Of a stretch of 64,000 bases of DNA, positions 63,104 through 64,000 are shown piece after piece. The translations under genes and the position numbers were made by a program. The DNA comes from Penicillus capitatus (Eukaryota > Plantae > Chlorophyta). Below the pieces are notes generated by a model. That model saw only the letters and a list, made by a program, of their open reading frames with translations, made no database searches and was not told the DNA's origin. The stretch lies in the NCBI GenBank assembly GCA_965649825.1, contig OZ287697.1, positions 434,001-498,000 on the forward strand, read 5' to 3'. Each line of letters starts with the position of its first letter. The stretch's first letter is position 1.

Positions 63104-63964
63104 ATGCGAAGTCTCGTCGCGGCATCGCACACTGTTCGACAGGGTCAGGGGCCTCAGTTACGCATCCGATCGTCGGACATAACAAAAATTGCCAACGATG
63201 TCGATGTGTGGCCACGCAACGTTTTCTCTTGGCCTGCGTCATTTCGCCTTTTCCAAGCGTCTGCCAGCGACGAAGGCGAAAGGGGTGACGAGAAGGAGTA
63301 TCCGAGATCGATGCCGTGGGGCTACACGAGAAGGGACAGTGCGACGAGCCGGACGACAGATCGAGAGATTCTCGACAGCGGCAGTGCACGAAGGCCGCCC
63401 TGGCAATGCAGCAGGAAAAGGAAGGCATGCAATCGTCGTGGCCAAGTTCAATTCTCTCGTCACGAAATCGCTCCTCGAAGGGGCACTCGCTGCCTTGAAT
63501 CAACACAGCTTCGATAAAGACGCCGTCGATGTCACTCTCACACAAACCTTCACCGCTTCTGGAAAGGTGTGACTGGTCTATTAGGTTTTTTGGGTGCCGG
63601 GCAGTTTTGAGACACCTCTTGTGGCGAAGACGTTGGGCAAGAGTGGGAAGTACTGTGCCATTATTTGTCTAGGCGCCATCGTAGCAGCCCCTTTCTCACA
63701 CTTGTGTGACCTGGCGTTGTGTAGATTCGTGGTGGGACCTCTCATTACGAAGCAGTCGTCAGTGCAGCTACCAGTGGTGTGCTTCAAGCCTCCATGGATT
63801 CTGGCATCCCTGTCATTTTCGGCGTCCTGACATGCGATACCATGGAACAAGCATTTGACCGAGCTGGTGGCAAAATGGGAAACAAAGGATACGAGGCTGC
63901 AATGACAGCTTTGGAAATGACAGATCTCTTATCGCACGTTCAGACAGGCACACTCGCCTCTTAA
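63104..63964 (+). CDS. ribH: 6,7-dimethyl-8-ribityllumazine synthase, plastid-targeted
   Basis: [33 protein letters not shown]|[35 protein letters not shown]. Confidence 0.96.
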
Positions 63965-64000
63965 ACTCTTGATCATTGCCGACGCTTTTGCGACGACAAA

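Noticed and set aside
1-64000. CRISPR arrays, rRNA/tRNA genes, prokaryotic defence systems, giant-virus insertions
   Set aside because: None recognised; all identifiable genes are intron-containing eukaryotic genes or retroelements.

Overview
Compact eukaryotic genome with short (~45-60 bp) GT-AG introns and the standard genetic code. Gene content (thylakoid-lumen protein, plastid L27/EF-P, NAR2, sucrose-phosphatase, flagellar proteins) points to a chlorophyte green alga; lineage is uncertain. The window has two halves. About 1-30 kb is a rearranged, TE-rich accessory region. It holds two copies of a head-to-head pair made of a catalytically dead trypsin-like gene (H57->G, S195->E) and a secreted Pro/acid-rich protein ending in GRRLL plus a 4-Cys peptide; a third copy of the secreted gene lies in a 4.8-kb direct duplication. 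It also holds an apparently intact MATH + USP7-type UBL gene with no USP catalytic domain, and a decayed LINE interrupted by two Ty3/gypsy elements. These have ~131-bp LTRs and the same atypical PBS (TGGTTTCGGAGC), and their first ATG is formed by the LTR/PBS junction. About 30-64 kb is a dense block of mostly ordinary genes (CCCH x2, TL17.9/DUF1499, GDT1, CNBD K+ channel, Pumilio, RPL27, EF-P, CPSF30, eIF3d, NAR2, DnaJ, RsmD-like, STPG1-like, SnRK2-like pseudokinase, SPP, Tctex1, lumazine synthase). All family calls come from motifs recognised by eye, not database searches. Exon boundaries were inferred by eye and some ends are approximate.
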